From positions 192,001 to 256,000 of the forward strand of contig CAWAKC010000001.1 of the NCBI GenBank assembly GCA_963782525.1: 64,000 bases of DNA, given 5' to 3'. Positions 30,209 to 40,489 of the stretch are shown here, piece by piece. The DNA is from Candidatus Bathyarchaeota archaeon. GTDB taxonomy: Archaea; Thermoproteota; Bathyarchaeia; Bathyarchaeales; Bathycorpusculaceae. A model generated the notes under the pieces. The model had not been told where the DNA came from, did no database searches, and saw only the letters and a program-made list of their open reading frames with translations. How positions within the stretch are numbered: the first letter of the stretch is position 1; the number at the start of each line of letters is the position of its first letter. A program made the position numbers and the translations under genes.

Positions 30209-30431
30209 TTGGATTCCTTCAACCAAAACCATACGAAACCACCATTTATTGTGTTTTTCGTTAAAAGAAACTTACCACTTCAGGCAAGTCGCATTAAAAA
30301 TCAGCGTTTTTAGCTGTAAAAGCGTTTGCGGTAGTCAAGCTACTACTACAACCAAATTAAGTTCAGGGTTAAAAAGTTATCCCTAAACCGCCTGTACTAA
30401 GAATTGGTGTCTAAAAATAAGGAGAGGTTGG

Positions 30432-31949
30432 CTATTGGTGGTTTTTGTTGTTGTAGTCGGTTGTCAACACGTTCATGCCGCTGAGCACCGCTTCCATGCT
30501 GGCTTTAACGATGTCTTCGCGCACACCCATCGCCGTGACGGTTCGGTTGCCCTTGCGCATGTGCACAAGAACTTCAACCATAGCATCTGTTCCTCCCGTG
30601 ATAGCTTTGACATTGTACTGCTCCAGCGTTATGGGTTCAGTTTCTGCGATGGCATCTTTCACGGCATTTATGGCCGCATCCACGGGACCAACGCCCACAG
30701 CCGCACCCCAAACGACTTTCCCATTAAGTTTTAGGCGTACTGAAGCGGTTGAGGTTACTTTGTCGCCGCCAACATACGTCATTTCTTCAAGTTGAATCGG
30801 TTTGTCTCCGCCCAAACCCATAACGGTTTCAGCTATGGCGAGGACATCGGCATCCATGACGGTTTTGCCTTTGTCGCCGAGTTCTTTTATGCGCTGGAAA
30901 ATCTGTTTGAATTGTGATTCTGTGGGTTTTAAGCCCATGTTGTTGAGGTCGGCGCGTATGGCGTTGGAACCTGAGTGTTTTCCGGCGGCGATGCGTCTTT
31001 GGCACCCGACCAATTCAGGAGCAATCGGCTCATAAGTTAAAGGGTTAGCGAGGACGCCTTGGGTGTGGATTCCAGATTCGTGAGTGAAGGCGTTTTCTCC
31101 CACAACAGCTTTGTTAGGTTGCACATGAACACCCGTTAACCGTGAAACCAGCTGGGATGTGCCATAGAGCAACTCGGTTTTGATGTTCAGGTCCAGCTTG
31201 TAGAGCGACCGCAGAGTTATCACTATTTCTTCCAAGGCTGCGTTACCTGCGCGTTCGCCGAGTCCGTTGATTGTTGAATGGCATTCTTCCGCTCCTGAGC
31301 CTAAAGCAGCCACGGTGTTGGCGACTGCCATGCCAAAGTCATTGTGGCAATGGACGGCTATTGGGACTTTTATGGATTCTTTGAGGTTGCTGAAGAACTC
31401 TGCGGCACGTTCAGGCGTTAGGATTCCTACGGTATCGCATGGAACAACCCTGTCCACGCCAGCATCAACCGCTGCCAGAAACACTTTGGTTAAGTATTCG
31501 AAGTCTGAGCGGGTTGCATCCTCAGCTAGCAGCTCTACCGATAAACCATGCGCTTTAGCGTACGAGACAACTTCATGGGTTGTTGCAAGGATTTGCTCAC
31601 GAGTCTTACGCAACTTAACCTCTATATGCAAATCAGAAGTTGGAATAATCATCGCGACGCCTGAAGCTCCACTTTTCAGTACAGAGTCAACGTCATTTTT
31701 GGTGCCTCTTGCAGCACTAAAAACCTGCGCCCGAAGCCCCTGCTTAGCAATTAAGGCAACTGATTCCATTTCACCCTCAGAAACCGCCGCGAACCCAGCC
31801 TCAATAAAATCTACACCAAGCTCATCCAGCCTCTGGGCTATACGCAATTTGTTTTCAGGAACAAGAGATACTCCGGGTGTTTGTTCACCATCACGCAGGG
31901 TGGTGTCTAAAAACTTTACAGACTTAGGGAAGCGGTTGAATAAAGCAAT
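30432..31949 (-). CDS. cimA: (R)-citramalate synthase / LeuA-family enzyme; no canonical in-frame start
   Basis: Frame extends past the ORF-track start through FLDTTLRDGEQTPGV; HCHNDFG, GLGERAGN, HESGIH, regulatory domain. Confidence 0.75.
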   Translation of the reverse strand: MALFNRFPKSVKFLDTTLRDGEQTPGVSLVPENKLRIAQRLDELGVDFIEAGFAAVSEGEMESVALIAKQGLRAQVFSAARGTKNDVDSVLKSGASGVAMIIPTSDLHIEVKLRKTREQILATTHEVVSYAKAHGLSVELLAEDATRSDFEYLTKVFLAAVDAGVDRVVPCDTVGILTPERAAEFFSNLKESIKVPIAVHCHNDFGMAVANTVAALGSGAEECHSTINGLGERAGNAALEEIVITLRSLYKLDLNIKTELLYGTSQLVSRLTGVHVQPNKAVVGENAFTHESGIHTQGVLANPLTYEPIAPELVGCQRRIAAGKHSGSNAIRADLNNMGLKPTESQFKQIFQRIKELGDKGKTVMDADVLAIAETVMGLGGDKPIQLEEMTYVGGDKVTSTASVRLKLNGKVVWGAAVGVGPVDAAINAVKDAIAETEPITLEQYNVKAITGGTDAMVEVLVHMRKGNRTVTAMGVREDIVKASMEAVLSGMNVLTTDYNNKNHQ

Positions 31950-32035
31950 ACCCCATTTAAATCACATTCATTTTCAAGGGGGCAAGCTTAAATATAAAAT
32001 TATTGGTGAGTTAAGATTGCATAGAGGCAAATTGT

Positions 32036-33664
32036 ATGCGTAGTGACCAGATTAAGAAAGGAACTGAGAAAGCGCCTCATCGAGCGCTCCTGAAATCGTT
32101 GGGTTTAGAAGACGATGATATAGCTAAGCCGTTGATTGGATTAGCTAACAGTTACACAAACATCGTTCCCGGGCATATTCATCTCCGCACCATTGGGGAA
32201 GCGGTTAAAGAAGGCATCTTAGCTGCTGGTGGCACACCGTTTGAATTCAGTACGATTGCGGTTTGCGACGGCATCGCCATGGGGCACGAAGGAATGCGGT
32301 ATTCCTTGCCTTCACGCGAAATAATCGCTGATTCCGTGGAGATTATGCTTCAAGCTCATAGTTTAGACGGATTGGTTATGATTTCGAACTGTGACAAAAT
32401 CACTCCAGGCATGCTGATGGCAGCTGCAAGAGTCGACATCCCAGCAATTATGGTTACAGGTGGACCCATGGCTGCTGGACACTACCGCGGCAAAAAGATC
32501 AGTTACTCATCAATGCCAGAAGCACTTGGACAGGTGGCTGCTGGAAAGATGACGGAAGGAGAACTTTGCGAGTTGGAAGAAAATGCGTGTCCAGGATGCG
32601 GCAGTTGCAGCGGCATGTTCACCGCCAATACCATGGCGTGTTTAACTGAAGCCTTGGGGATGTCTTTGCCGTACTGCGGAACCTCACTTGCGAACAGCGC
32701 ATTCAAACTGCGGTTAGCCAGAGCTACAGGCAAACAAATCCTTAAACTAATCAAAGACGACCTCAAACCTTCGCAGATTCTTACAAAGGAAGCCTTCGAA
32801 AATGCCATCGCAGTCGATATGGCTCTTGGCGGCTCAACCAACACCACGCTACACCTGCCGGCAATCGCTAAAGAAGCAGGCTTAACCCTTCCTCTGTCAA
32901 GATTCGACGAAATCGGACGAAAAGTGCCCCACTTATGCAGCATGATTCCAAGCGGATCTTACGCCCTTGAAGACTTAGACGCAGCTGGTGGAGTTCCTGC
33001 AGTCATGAACGAACTCAAAACTCTGCTTAACCTAAACGTTCCAACGGTCTCAGGAAAAACAGTCGGCGAAAACATCAAGAACGCAGTGGTCCTCGACAGA
33101 GAAGTCATCCACAGCCTTGCCAACCCAGTTCACAAAGAAGGCGGCATCGCCATATTAACCGGCAACCTTGCACCCAAAGGCTCAGTCATAAAAACTGCAG
33201 GCGTCTCACCAAAAATGCAAAAGCACACGGGCCCAGCAAAAATCTACGACTCAGAAAAAGAAGCCCTAACAGCCATCCGAGGAGGTCAAATCAAAGCAGG
33301 CGACGTGGTCGTCATTCGCTACGAGGGACCAAGAGGTGGACCTGGAATGCCTGAAATGCTGTTTCCAACCGCTACCATCGCAGGCATGGGACTCAGCGAA
33401 AGCGTCGCACTAATCACTGATGGACGCTTCTCAGGTGCCACACGAGGAGGCAGCATCGGACACGTTGCTCCAGAAGCCTTCGACGGTGGACCAATTGGAG
33501 TCCTAAAAAATGGCGACACCATAACCATCGATATCCCAAACCGCGTCCTAAAAGTGGAACTGTCCGACAAAGAACTCAAAGCCCGTTTAGCTGCTTGGAA
33601 ACCAAGAGAACCCAAAATCAAAAAGGGCATCCTCTCCCGCTACAATCCAGCGCCAACCGAATAA
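32036..33664 (+). CDS. ilvD: Dihydroxy-acid dehydratase
   Basis: [33 protein letters not shown]. Confidence 0.97.
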   Translation: MRSDQIKKGTEKAPHRALLKSLGLEDDDIAKPLIGLANSYTNIVPGHIHLRTIGEAVKEGILAAGGTPFEFSTIAVCDGIAMGHEGMRYSLPSREIIADSVEIMLQAHSLDGLVMISNCDKITPGMLMAAARVDIPAIMVTGGPMAAGHYRGKKISYSSMPEALGQVAAGKMTEGELCELEENACPGCGSCSGMFTANTMACLTEALGMSLPYCGTSLANSAFKLRLARATGKQILKLIKDDLKPSQILTKEAFENAIAVDMALGGSTNTTLHLPAIAKEAGLTLPLSRFDEIGRKVPHLCSMIPSGSYALEDLDAAGGVPAVMNELKTLLNLNVPTVSGKTVGENIKNAVVLDREVIHSLANPVHKEGGIAILTGNLAPKGSVIKTAGVSPKMQKHTGPAKIYDSEKEALTAIRGGQIKAGDVVVIRYEGPRGGPGMPEMLFPTATIAGMGLSESVALITDGRFSGATRGGSIGHVAPEAFDGGPIGVLKNGDTITIDIPNRVLKVELSDKELKARLAAWKPREPKIKKGILSRYNPAPTE

Positions 33665-33706
33665 AATAAAAACTGAAAGGAGCAAAGAAATGGTGGGCTG
33701 CTTGGT

Positions 33707-33958
33707 TTACCAGTAGCGTCCCCCCATCATGCCCATTCCCATACCCATTCGGTAGGAATGAACGCCTTGTTGTGGAACTTTGGAGTAGCCGCTGTTGGGT
33801 GCTAAGTATACGTTATTGCCAGTGTAGCCTTGTGGGGTTTGGCTGTAGGTACCGGTTTGGTTTTGGGTGTTTACGTATTGTGCGTAGGTTACTCCAGCAA
33901 CTGCCATGATTACAAGCGACAGTGCCAAAGTTACGAGGATTATTTTTGTTTTAGTCAT
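33707..33958 (-). CDS. Small exported/membrane-anchored protein with Met/Gly tail
   Basis: N-terminal signal helix; ends MGMGMGMMGGRYW; GAGGTG SD. Confidence 0.75.
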   Translation of the reverse strand: MTKTKIILVTLALSLVIMAVAGVTYAQYVNTQNQTGTYSQTPQGYTGNNVYLAPNSGYSKVPQQGVHSYRMGMGMGMMGGRYW

Positions 33959-34011
33959 TTGTGTTTTTCACCTCAACATACATATGGGCTTGGGGTGGTT
34001 TGAGGGTTGGC

Positions 34012-34075
34012 TGATACAGGTTTGAAACGGTTTGGTGAAACGGTTTCTTCGTGTTTTGATGGTAAAAACCTGTAT
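34012..34075. promoter_or_regulatory. Putative operator in divergent promoter
   Basis: TGAAACGGTTT twice (34023, 34036); ATACAGGTTT/AAACCTGTAT inverted pair (34014, 34066). Confidence 0.55.
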
Positions 34076-34128
34076 AACACTGTGATAAGCCTTAAATCCC
34101 CCGTGAATACGTCTAATTTAGATATAAA

Positions 34129-34737
34129 ATGAAAAGAGTTAACATGTTTCTAACCATACTGATTGCATCCATAGCAGCCTTAGTAGCTTCAACAGCCATA
34201 GGCTTCGCCGTCTTCGCTTCCACCCAAAACTCAATCAATTGGATGAGCCAAATGTGGGGAGGAGGAAGCACAAGCTCAAGTACAGGCGGGATGGGAGGCA
34301 TGATGGGACAAACAGGAACCGCACAAGTTACCGCTAATCCGTCGCTGACTTACTTCGGCGTTTTATTCGCTGTATTGGTTAGCGTCACAGTCGTTGGAAT
34401 AATCGGGATAGCATACTACTTAGTTTATCCACAGATTCGAACGGGCGCCATGCCAGCGATGCCAAGCACGTCAGTAGCTCAACCAGTATCAAACGGATCC
34501 ACGCCATATGAATCCGTCTCAAAAACCCTAACTGAAGAAGAACGCAAAATCATTGAAGTCCTAAACAAACACGAAGGCAAATACCTTCAAAAATACATCC
34601 GAAACGAAACAGGCCTAAGCCGACTCCAAACCCACCGCATCATCGCACGCTTAGCCGACAGAGGCATCGTTTCGCTGGAAAAAACCGGCAACACCAATCA
34701 AGTTTACTTGTCTAGTTGGCTGCAACAAAAGAACTAG
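34129..34737 (+). CDS. Membrane-anchored winged-helix transcriptional regulator
   Basis: Two TM helices around a Met/Gly loop; C-terminal LTEEERKII...LQKYI...TGLSRLQTHRIIARLADRGIV. Confidence 0.82.
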   Translation: MKRVNMFLTILIASIAALVASTAIGFAVFASTQNSINWMSQMWGGGSTSSSTGGMGGMMGQTGTAQVTANPSLTYFGVLFAVLVSVTVVGIIGIAYYLVYPQIRTGAMPAMPSTSVAQPVSNGSTPYESVSKTLTEEERKIIEVLNKHEGKYLQKYIRNETGLSRLQTHRIIARLADRGIVSLEKTGNTNQVYLSSWLQQKN

Positions 34738-35368
34738 CAAACCAACTTCGTAATTTAAAAAACAAAAATTATCCTCTATTTTTTAATTATTTAATACAAT
34801 TTTTTTGAGCAAAAGAGGAATAGAACTTAGCGGTTGTTGTTTCATCCATGCAACAACATCGCCTTATATCAAATTGTATCGTTAGAGGGTTTAGAAGCAA
34901 ACTACTAAGAGCCAAGTTGGGCGGGTCTGGCGACTAACAAAGGAGGAGGCACCTGCGACTATTTTTGCCCTCACCGATGTTAGCCCATGGCTAAATTCGC
35001 TTAATTAACTACTTTTCCCCCTTAAACCAATTTGACAGATTTTTGATGTGTAGAAATGGTTAGGAAGGATTTGTAAAATTAAAGAATGCCCAACAGGCTC
35101 ATCACTTTTTCAAGTAATTGTCTGGTTGCCAACTGTAAAGGTTTAATCGGAAACCGTAAACTTTTTATTTGCACAGCTAGTTCTTTTTAAAGAACGTGGA
35201 GTTTAAAGAGGCATGAACATGAGGGATCGTCACCTCAATAGTTGGGATCGTCGGGTACAACTTTTCTAATTCACCCAGATTACCCTCTAAATATACCACT
35301 AAAAAATTCTCGCAAACAATAATCCTAGACGACAGTATAGTTGTTAAATCAAACCATAGGAGACTGAA

Positions 35369-37081
35369 TTGAAAATGGCAAAAATGTCTGGTGCACAAGC
35401 ACTCTTAGAATCCCTTGAACATCAAAAAGTTGAAGTTATCTTCGGCATATTAGGCGGCGCAATCCTCCCAGTATACGATGCGTTATGCGGCAACAAGAAA
35501 ATCCGCCACATCCTCGCACGACATGAGCAGTGTGCAGCACATGAAGCTGAAGGTTACGCAAGAGCCAGCGGAAGAGCAGGCGTATGCATGGCAACCAGCG
35601 GCCCGGGAGCCACCAACCTAGTGACAGGAATCGCTAACGCCTACATGGATTCCTCGCCGATAATTGCTTTAACTGGACAAATTCCAGCCTCAGGCACCAA
35701 CACCAGCTACATGATTGGCAGAGATGCCTTCCAAGAAGCAGACATCATCGGCATCACCACCGCCATCACCAAATACAGTTACCAGCCACGAACCGTTACT
35801 GAAATTCCCCTCATGGTTAACAATGCCTTCTACATAGCAACAACAGGCAGACCTGGACCCGTCCTAATTGATCTACCAAAGAACGTCCAATCAGGAATGG
35901 CCGAAGTCGAATTTACGAATAAAATTGATTTACGCGGCTACAAACTACCGACCGAACCGAATCCAGCAAGAATCAGCGAAGCTTCAGACCTGTTAGCCAA
36001 AGCTCAATGCCCGATCATTCTGGCAGGCGGCGGAGTCATAACTGCAGGTGCATCCGATGAACTGGTTAAAATGTCAGATTTACTGATGGCGCCAGTCGCT
36101 ACTACCTTCATGGGAAAAGGAGCATTCCCAGAAAATAACCCATTATCACTCGGAAGCATCGGCATGCATGGTAATCCAGCAGCTAACAAACTGATGGGTG
36201 AAGCAGACGTATTACTGGCTGTCGGAACAAGGTTTTCTGACCGCGCAACCGCAAACCTAGACAGCTTTGCCCCAAACGCTAAAAAGATTCACATAGACAT
36301 CGACGACGCAGAAATCAACAAGAACATCGAAATTGACGTTCCCATCGTTGCAGACGCTAAAGTCGCGATGAAGATGCTTTACACTGCAGTCTCACAGAAA
36401 TTGCGGAAGGGCGAAGGCAAAGCATGGACGAAACGAGTGAAAGAAGCTAAAGAACAGCTAAGTCCCCTTCTAAAAGAGTTGCCTAAAGACTTAATGCCTA
36501 AAGCGTTGCTAGTGGAGCTAAGGAAACTGTTGCAGGAAAACGCCATAGTCACTACCGAAGTGGGGCAAAACCAAATGTGGTCTGCGCTATACTTCCAAGC
36601 ATTAAAACCACGCACATTCATCAGTTCAGGCGGACTTGGAACCATGGGATTTGGTTTCCCAGCAGCAATAGGCGCAAAAGTCGCGTGCCCAGACCGACCA
36701 GTCGTGGACGTCGCAGGCGACGGCAGCTTCATAATGTCCGAGCAAGAACTAGCGTGCTCAGTAACGGAGAACATCCCAGTCACAGTCATCGTGCTAAACA
36801 ACTCAATCCTTGGCATGGTGGCGCAGTGGCAACGTATGCTCTACAAACGTCGCTACATGGCTGTTCACTTAGGCAAAACTCCAGACTTCGTTAAGTTGGC
36901 AGAAGCTTACGGAGCCCAAGGCATACGTGCAACGTCAATCGAGGAGTTCCACAAAGCTGTTAAGACAGCACTTACTAGTAAAGTAACAACGGTAATCGAC
37001 GTGCCCATTGGCTCAGAAACCGATGTGGTTCCCTTTGTGCCTCCAGGCTGCGGTTTACCCCAACAGATAGGTGACTACTAA
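35369..37081 (+). CDS. ilvB: Acetolactate synthase large subunit
   Basis: RHEQ, TSGPGATN, GRPGPVLIDLP, GTMGFG, GDGSF. Confidence 0.96.
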   Translation: MKMAKMSGAQALLESLEHQKVEVIFGILGGAILPVYDALCGNKKIRHILARHEQCAAHEAEGYARASGRAGVCMATSGPGATNLVTGIANAYMDSSPIIALTGQIPASGTNTSYMIGRDAFQEADIIGITTAITKYSYQPRTVTEIPLMVNNAFYIATTGRPGPVLIDLPKNVQSGMAEVEFTNKIDLRGYKLPTEPNPARISEASDLLAKAQCPIILAGGGVITAGASDELVKMSDLLMAPVATTFMGKGAFPENNPLSLGSIGMHGNPAANKLMGEADVLLAVGTRFSDRATANLDSFAPNAKKIHIDIDDAEINKNIEIDVPIVADAKVAMKMLYTAVSQKLRKGEGKAWTKRVKEAKEQLSPLLKELPKDLMPKALLVELRKLLQENAIVTTEVGQNQMWSALYFQALKPRTFISSGGLGTMGFGFPAAIGAKVACPDRPVVDVAGDGSFIMSEQELACSVTENIPVTVIVLNNSILGMVAQWQRMLYKRRYMAVHLGKTPDFVKLAEAYGAQGIRATSIEEFHKAVKTALTSKVTTVIDVPIGSETDVVPFVPPGCGLPQQIGDY

Positions 37082-37593
37082 TGGAAACAGGAAAAACCAA
37101 AGTAATCAGCATCCTAGTTGAAAACAAACCAGGTGTACTCCATACCATCGCAAACCTGTTCCGACGAAGAAACTTTAACATCGAATCCATCACGGTTGGC
37201 CCCACACAACAAGAGAACATATCACGCATGACCATAACAATCAAAGGAGACGAAAAAACAACCGAACAAGTTGTCAAACAAGTCGCCAAACAAATCGACG
37301 TCCTCAAAGTCGACGAGCTCTCACAAGGCAACTTCGTAATCCGCGAACTATCTTTGATAAAAGTTAACGTGCCAACCTCAAAAGAACGCAGCGACATAAT
37401 CAACTGTGTAGAAGTCTTCCGGGGCAGAATAATTGATGTCTCAACTGACAGCGTAACAGTTGAAATCACCGGAACCCCCGACAAAATCGACGCATTCCTC
37501 AACCTCATGAAAACCTACGGAGTCATAGAACTCGCCAGAACAGGCATAACAGCCCTAGCCAGAGGCGCAAAATCGATAAGAATCGACGAATAA
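37081..37593 (+). CDS. ilvN: Acetolactate synthase small subunit
   Basis: VENKPGVL...FRRRNFNIESITV...ELARTG. Confidence 0.95.
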   Translation: METGKTKVISILVENKPGVLHTIANLFRRRNFNIESITVGPTQQENISRMTITIKGDEKTTEQVVKQVAKQIDVLKVDELSQGNFVIRELSLIKVNVPTSKERSDIINCVEVFRGRIIDVSTDSVTVEITGTPDKIDAFLNLMKTYGVIELARTGITALARGAKSIRIDE

Positions 37594-37689
37594 ACAGCAT
37601 TGACATAGCGGAAATACTTAATTGCTTGTTCTTTAAAATTCCCATTTATCTTAGGCATATTTAGGTTAATTCAAGGTAAAGGAAAGACT

Positions 37690-38958
37690 ATGAACATAAC
37701 AGAAAAAATCTTAGCCAAGGCTTCAGGAAAGAAAGCCGTACATCCAGGCGAAATCGTCGACGCAAACGTCGACATGATCATGATACATGACTTAACTGGA
37801 CCCTTAGCGGTTGAAGCCTTCAAAAAAATAGGCTCACAAAAAGTTTGGAATAACAAAAAAGTAGTGGTAATTCTGGACCATCAGGTTCCAGCAGAATCAG
37901 TAAAAGCAGCAGAACTTCACAAAACCATGAGGCAATTCGCCAAAGACCAAAACGTCACCTTCTACGACGTAGGCAGAGGCGGAATATGCCACCAAGTTAT
38001 GCCAGAAAAAGGACATGTAACACCAGGCAACGTAATCGTTGGCGCAGACAGCCACACATGCACCTACGGAGCATTCGGCGCATTCGCCACAGGTATCGGC
38101 TCAACCGAAGCAGCCGCGGTTATGGCTACAGGAAAAATCTGGTTCAAAGTACCCCCAACAATCAAAGTTAACGTTAAAGGCACCTTCAAAAAGTACGTTA
38201 CCCCAAAAGACCTAATCCTAAACGTAATCGGCAATTTAGGTGTAGATGGCGCCATATACAAAGCAGCGGAATTCACAGGTCCAACTATCCAAAAAATGAG
38301 CATAGCAGGGCGTATGACCGTTTGCAACATGGCAGTTGAGATGGGCGCCAAAAACGGCATAATCGCACCCGACGAAACAACAAGCAAATTCTTAGAAAGC
38401 AGAGTCAAAAACTTACCAGACTTCAAAGCCTTGCAAAGTGACAAAGACGCAGTTTACGAGCGCACAGTTAAATTTGATGTTTCTACGATGGAGCCACAGG
38501 TAGCTTGCCCATCCTCAGTTGACAACGTGAAACCCATCGCGGAAGTTGGAAACGTGCCAATCGAACAGGCATTCATCGGTTCCTGCACAAACGGCAGAAT
38601 CGAAGACTTACGCTTAGCTGCAGAAGTCATCAAAGGCAAACGCGTCAAAGACGGCGTACGAGCCTTAGTTATTCCTGCTTCCCAAGAAGTCTACCGTCAA
38701 GCCTTAAACGAGGGCTTAATGGAAATCTTCACCGACGCAGGCGCCATAGTGTGCGGTTCCGCATGTGGACCATGCTTAGGCGGCCACATCGGCTTACTGG
38801 CAGCGGGCGAATCATGCGTTAGCAGCAGCAACCGCAACTTCATCGGCAGAATGGGCAGCACCCAAGCAAACGTCTACTTAGCATCACCCGCAACCGTAGC
38901 GGCATCAGCAATCACAGGCAAATTAACAGACCCCACAAAGCTGGAGACAAAACCATGA
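37690..38958 (+). CDS. leuC: 3-isopropylmalate dehydratase large subunit
   Basis: GICHQV, DSHTCT, IGSCTNGR, CGPCLG, NRNFIGR. Confidence 0.93.
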   Translation: MNITEKILAKASGKKAVHPGEIVDANVDMIMIHDLTGPLAVEAFKKIGSQKVWNNKKVVVILDHQVPAESVKAAELHKTMRQFAKDQNVTFYDVGRGGICHQVMPEKGHVTPGNVIVGADSHTCTYGAFGAFATGIGSTEAAAVMATGKIWFKVPPTIKVNVKGTFKKYVTPKDLILNVIGNLGVDGAIYKAAEFTGPTIQKMSIAGRMTVCNMAVEMGAKNGIIAPDETTSKFLESRVKNLPDFKALQSDKDAVYERTVKFDVSTMEPQVACPSSVDNVKPIAEVGNVPIEQAFIGSCTNGRIEDLRLAAEVIKGKRVKDGVRALVIPASQEVYRQALNEGLMEIFTDAGAIVCGSACGPCLGGHIGLLAAGESCVSSSNRNFIGRMGSTQANVYLASPATVAASAITGKLTDPTKLETKP

Positions 38959-39455
38959 ACAGCAAAATCAAAGCGCCAGCCATAAAATTCGGCAACAACA
39001 TAGACACAGACGTCATCCTACCAGGCAAATACCTAATCTTAGTTGACCCATGCGAATTAGCAAAACACGCATTGGAAAGCTTAGACACCGAATTCGTCAA
39101 CAAAGCCAAAAAAGGCGTCATATTAGTTGGCGGCAAAAACTTCGGCTGCGGCTCAAGCAGAGAGCAGGCGCCCTTAGCGTTAAAGTATTCAGGCGTCAAA
39201 TGCGTCATCGCCGAATCGTTCGCCCGCATCTTCTTCCGCAACGCAATAAACATTGGTTTACCCGTAATCGAATGCAAAGGCATATCAAGCGCGGTGGAAA
39301 CAGGCGACGAATTAGTCGTTGACTTTGAGACGGGCAAAATCGAAAACGCTTCAAACGGCAAAAAATTCCAAGTCGAAAAACTGCCACCATTCATCCTAGA
39401 AATCTTAGCTGATGACGGATTAATCGAGAACTTAAAAGGAAAGATGAAAAAATGA
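38955..39455 (+). CDS. leuD: 3-isopropylmalate dehydratase small subunit
   Basis: IDTDVILP, NFGCGSSREQA, SFARIFFRN. Confidence 0.93.
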   Translation: MNSKIKAPAIKFGNNIDTDVILPGKYLILVDPCELAKHALESLDTEFVNKAKKGVILVGGKNFGCGSSREQAPLALKYSGVKCVIAESFARIFFRNAINIGLPVIECKGISSAVETGDELVVDFETGKIENASNGKKFQVEKLPPFILEILADDGLIENLKGKMKK

Positions 39456-40489
39456 CAGAATACAAAATATCCTTAATTCCCGGCGATGGCATCGGGCCAG
39501 AATTAACCGAAGCCACCCTAAAAGTCTTAGATGCAGTTCAGAAAAAATTCGGCGTTAAACTGCAGATCATTGAAGCTGAAGCAGGCGACGTTGCCCTTGA
39601 AAGAGTAGGCGCCGCATTGCCAGCAGATACCATTGAGAAAGTTAAGAACTCCCACGCTTGCCTAAAAGGACCCGTAGGCGAATCAGCAGCAGACGTCATC
39701 GTTAAATTGCGCGTCATGTTTGACCTTTACGCTAACCTACGCCCATTAAAGGCATACCCCAACGTTCCAGTCGCCAGACCAGACATCGACATGCTCTTTG
39801 TCCGCGAAAACACTGAAGACGTCTACAAAGGCTTAGAATTCACAATCGGCGCAGACACCACCTTGTGCCTACGCGTTATCACACGAGGAAACTGCGAACG
39901 CATCGCTCACAAAGCCTTCCAAATGGCACGCCTACGCAACGGCAAAAAGAAAGTCACAGCCATTCACAAAGCCAACGTTATGCGTGTAACCGACGGTTTA
40001 TTTCGTGACGTCTGCCGCGAAGTCAGCAAAGGCTATCCCGACATCGCGTTTAACGAACTCTACGTTGACGCCGCATCCATGCGACTAATTAAAGAACCAG
40101 AAATATTCGATGTCTTCTGCACTTGCAACATGTTCGGCGACATCCTCAGCGATGAAGCCGCACAGCAAATCGGAGGCTTAGGCATGGCTCCAGGCGCAAA
40201 CGTCGGCGAAAACTTTGGATTATTCGAACCCATCCATGGCTCCGCACCAAACAGAGCAGGAAAACATACCGCCAACCCAATCTCCATGATACTTTCAGCG
40301 AAAATGATGCTGGAGTGGCTGGGAGAAAAATACGGTGACAAGAAATGCTTACAAGCAGGCGCAGCCATAGAGAACGGTGTAGTTTACGCTTTGCGTAACC
40401 GTCAATCTGTTCCAGACTGCGGCGGCACCACCACAACCGTGGGCATGGCAGAAGCTATCGCTGCAGCCCTAACTGTGAAAAGTGGCTGA
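39452..40489 (+). CDS. leuB: 3-isopropylmalate dehydrogenase
   Basis: GDGIGPE, LYANLRP, NMFGDILSD, EPIHGSAP; operon context. Confidence 0.9.
   Translation: MTEYKISLIPGDGIGPELTEATLKVLDAVQKKFGVKLQIIEAEAGDVALERVGAALPADTIEKVKNSHACLKGPVGESAADVIVKLRVMFDLYANLRPLKAYPNVPVARPDIDMLFVRENTEDVYKGLEFTIGADTTLCLRVITRGNCERIAHKAFQMARLRNGKKKVTAIHKANVMRVTDGLFRDVCREVSKGYPDIAFNELYVDAASMRLIKEPEIFDVFCTCNMFGDILSDEAAQQIGGLGMAPGANVGENFGLFEPIHGSAPNRAGKHTANPISMILSAKMMLEWLGEKYGDKKCLQAGAAIENGVVYALRNRQSVPDCGGTTTTVGMAEAIAAALTVKSG

Noticed and set aside
34800-35160. Riboswitch or ORF in the intergenic region before ilvB
   Set aside because: Only short palindromes (TTAGCCCATGGCTAA) and no recognisable aptamer or credible ORF
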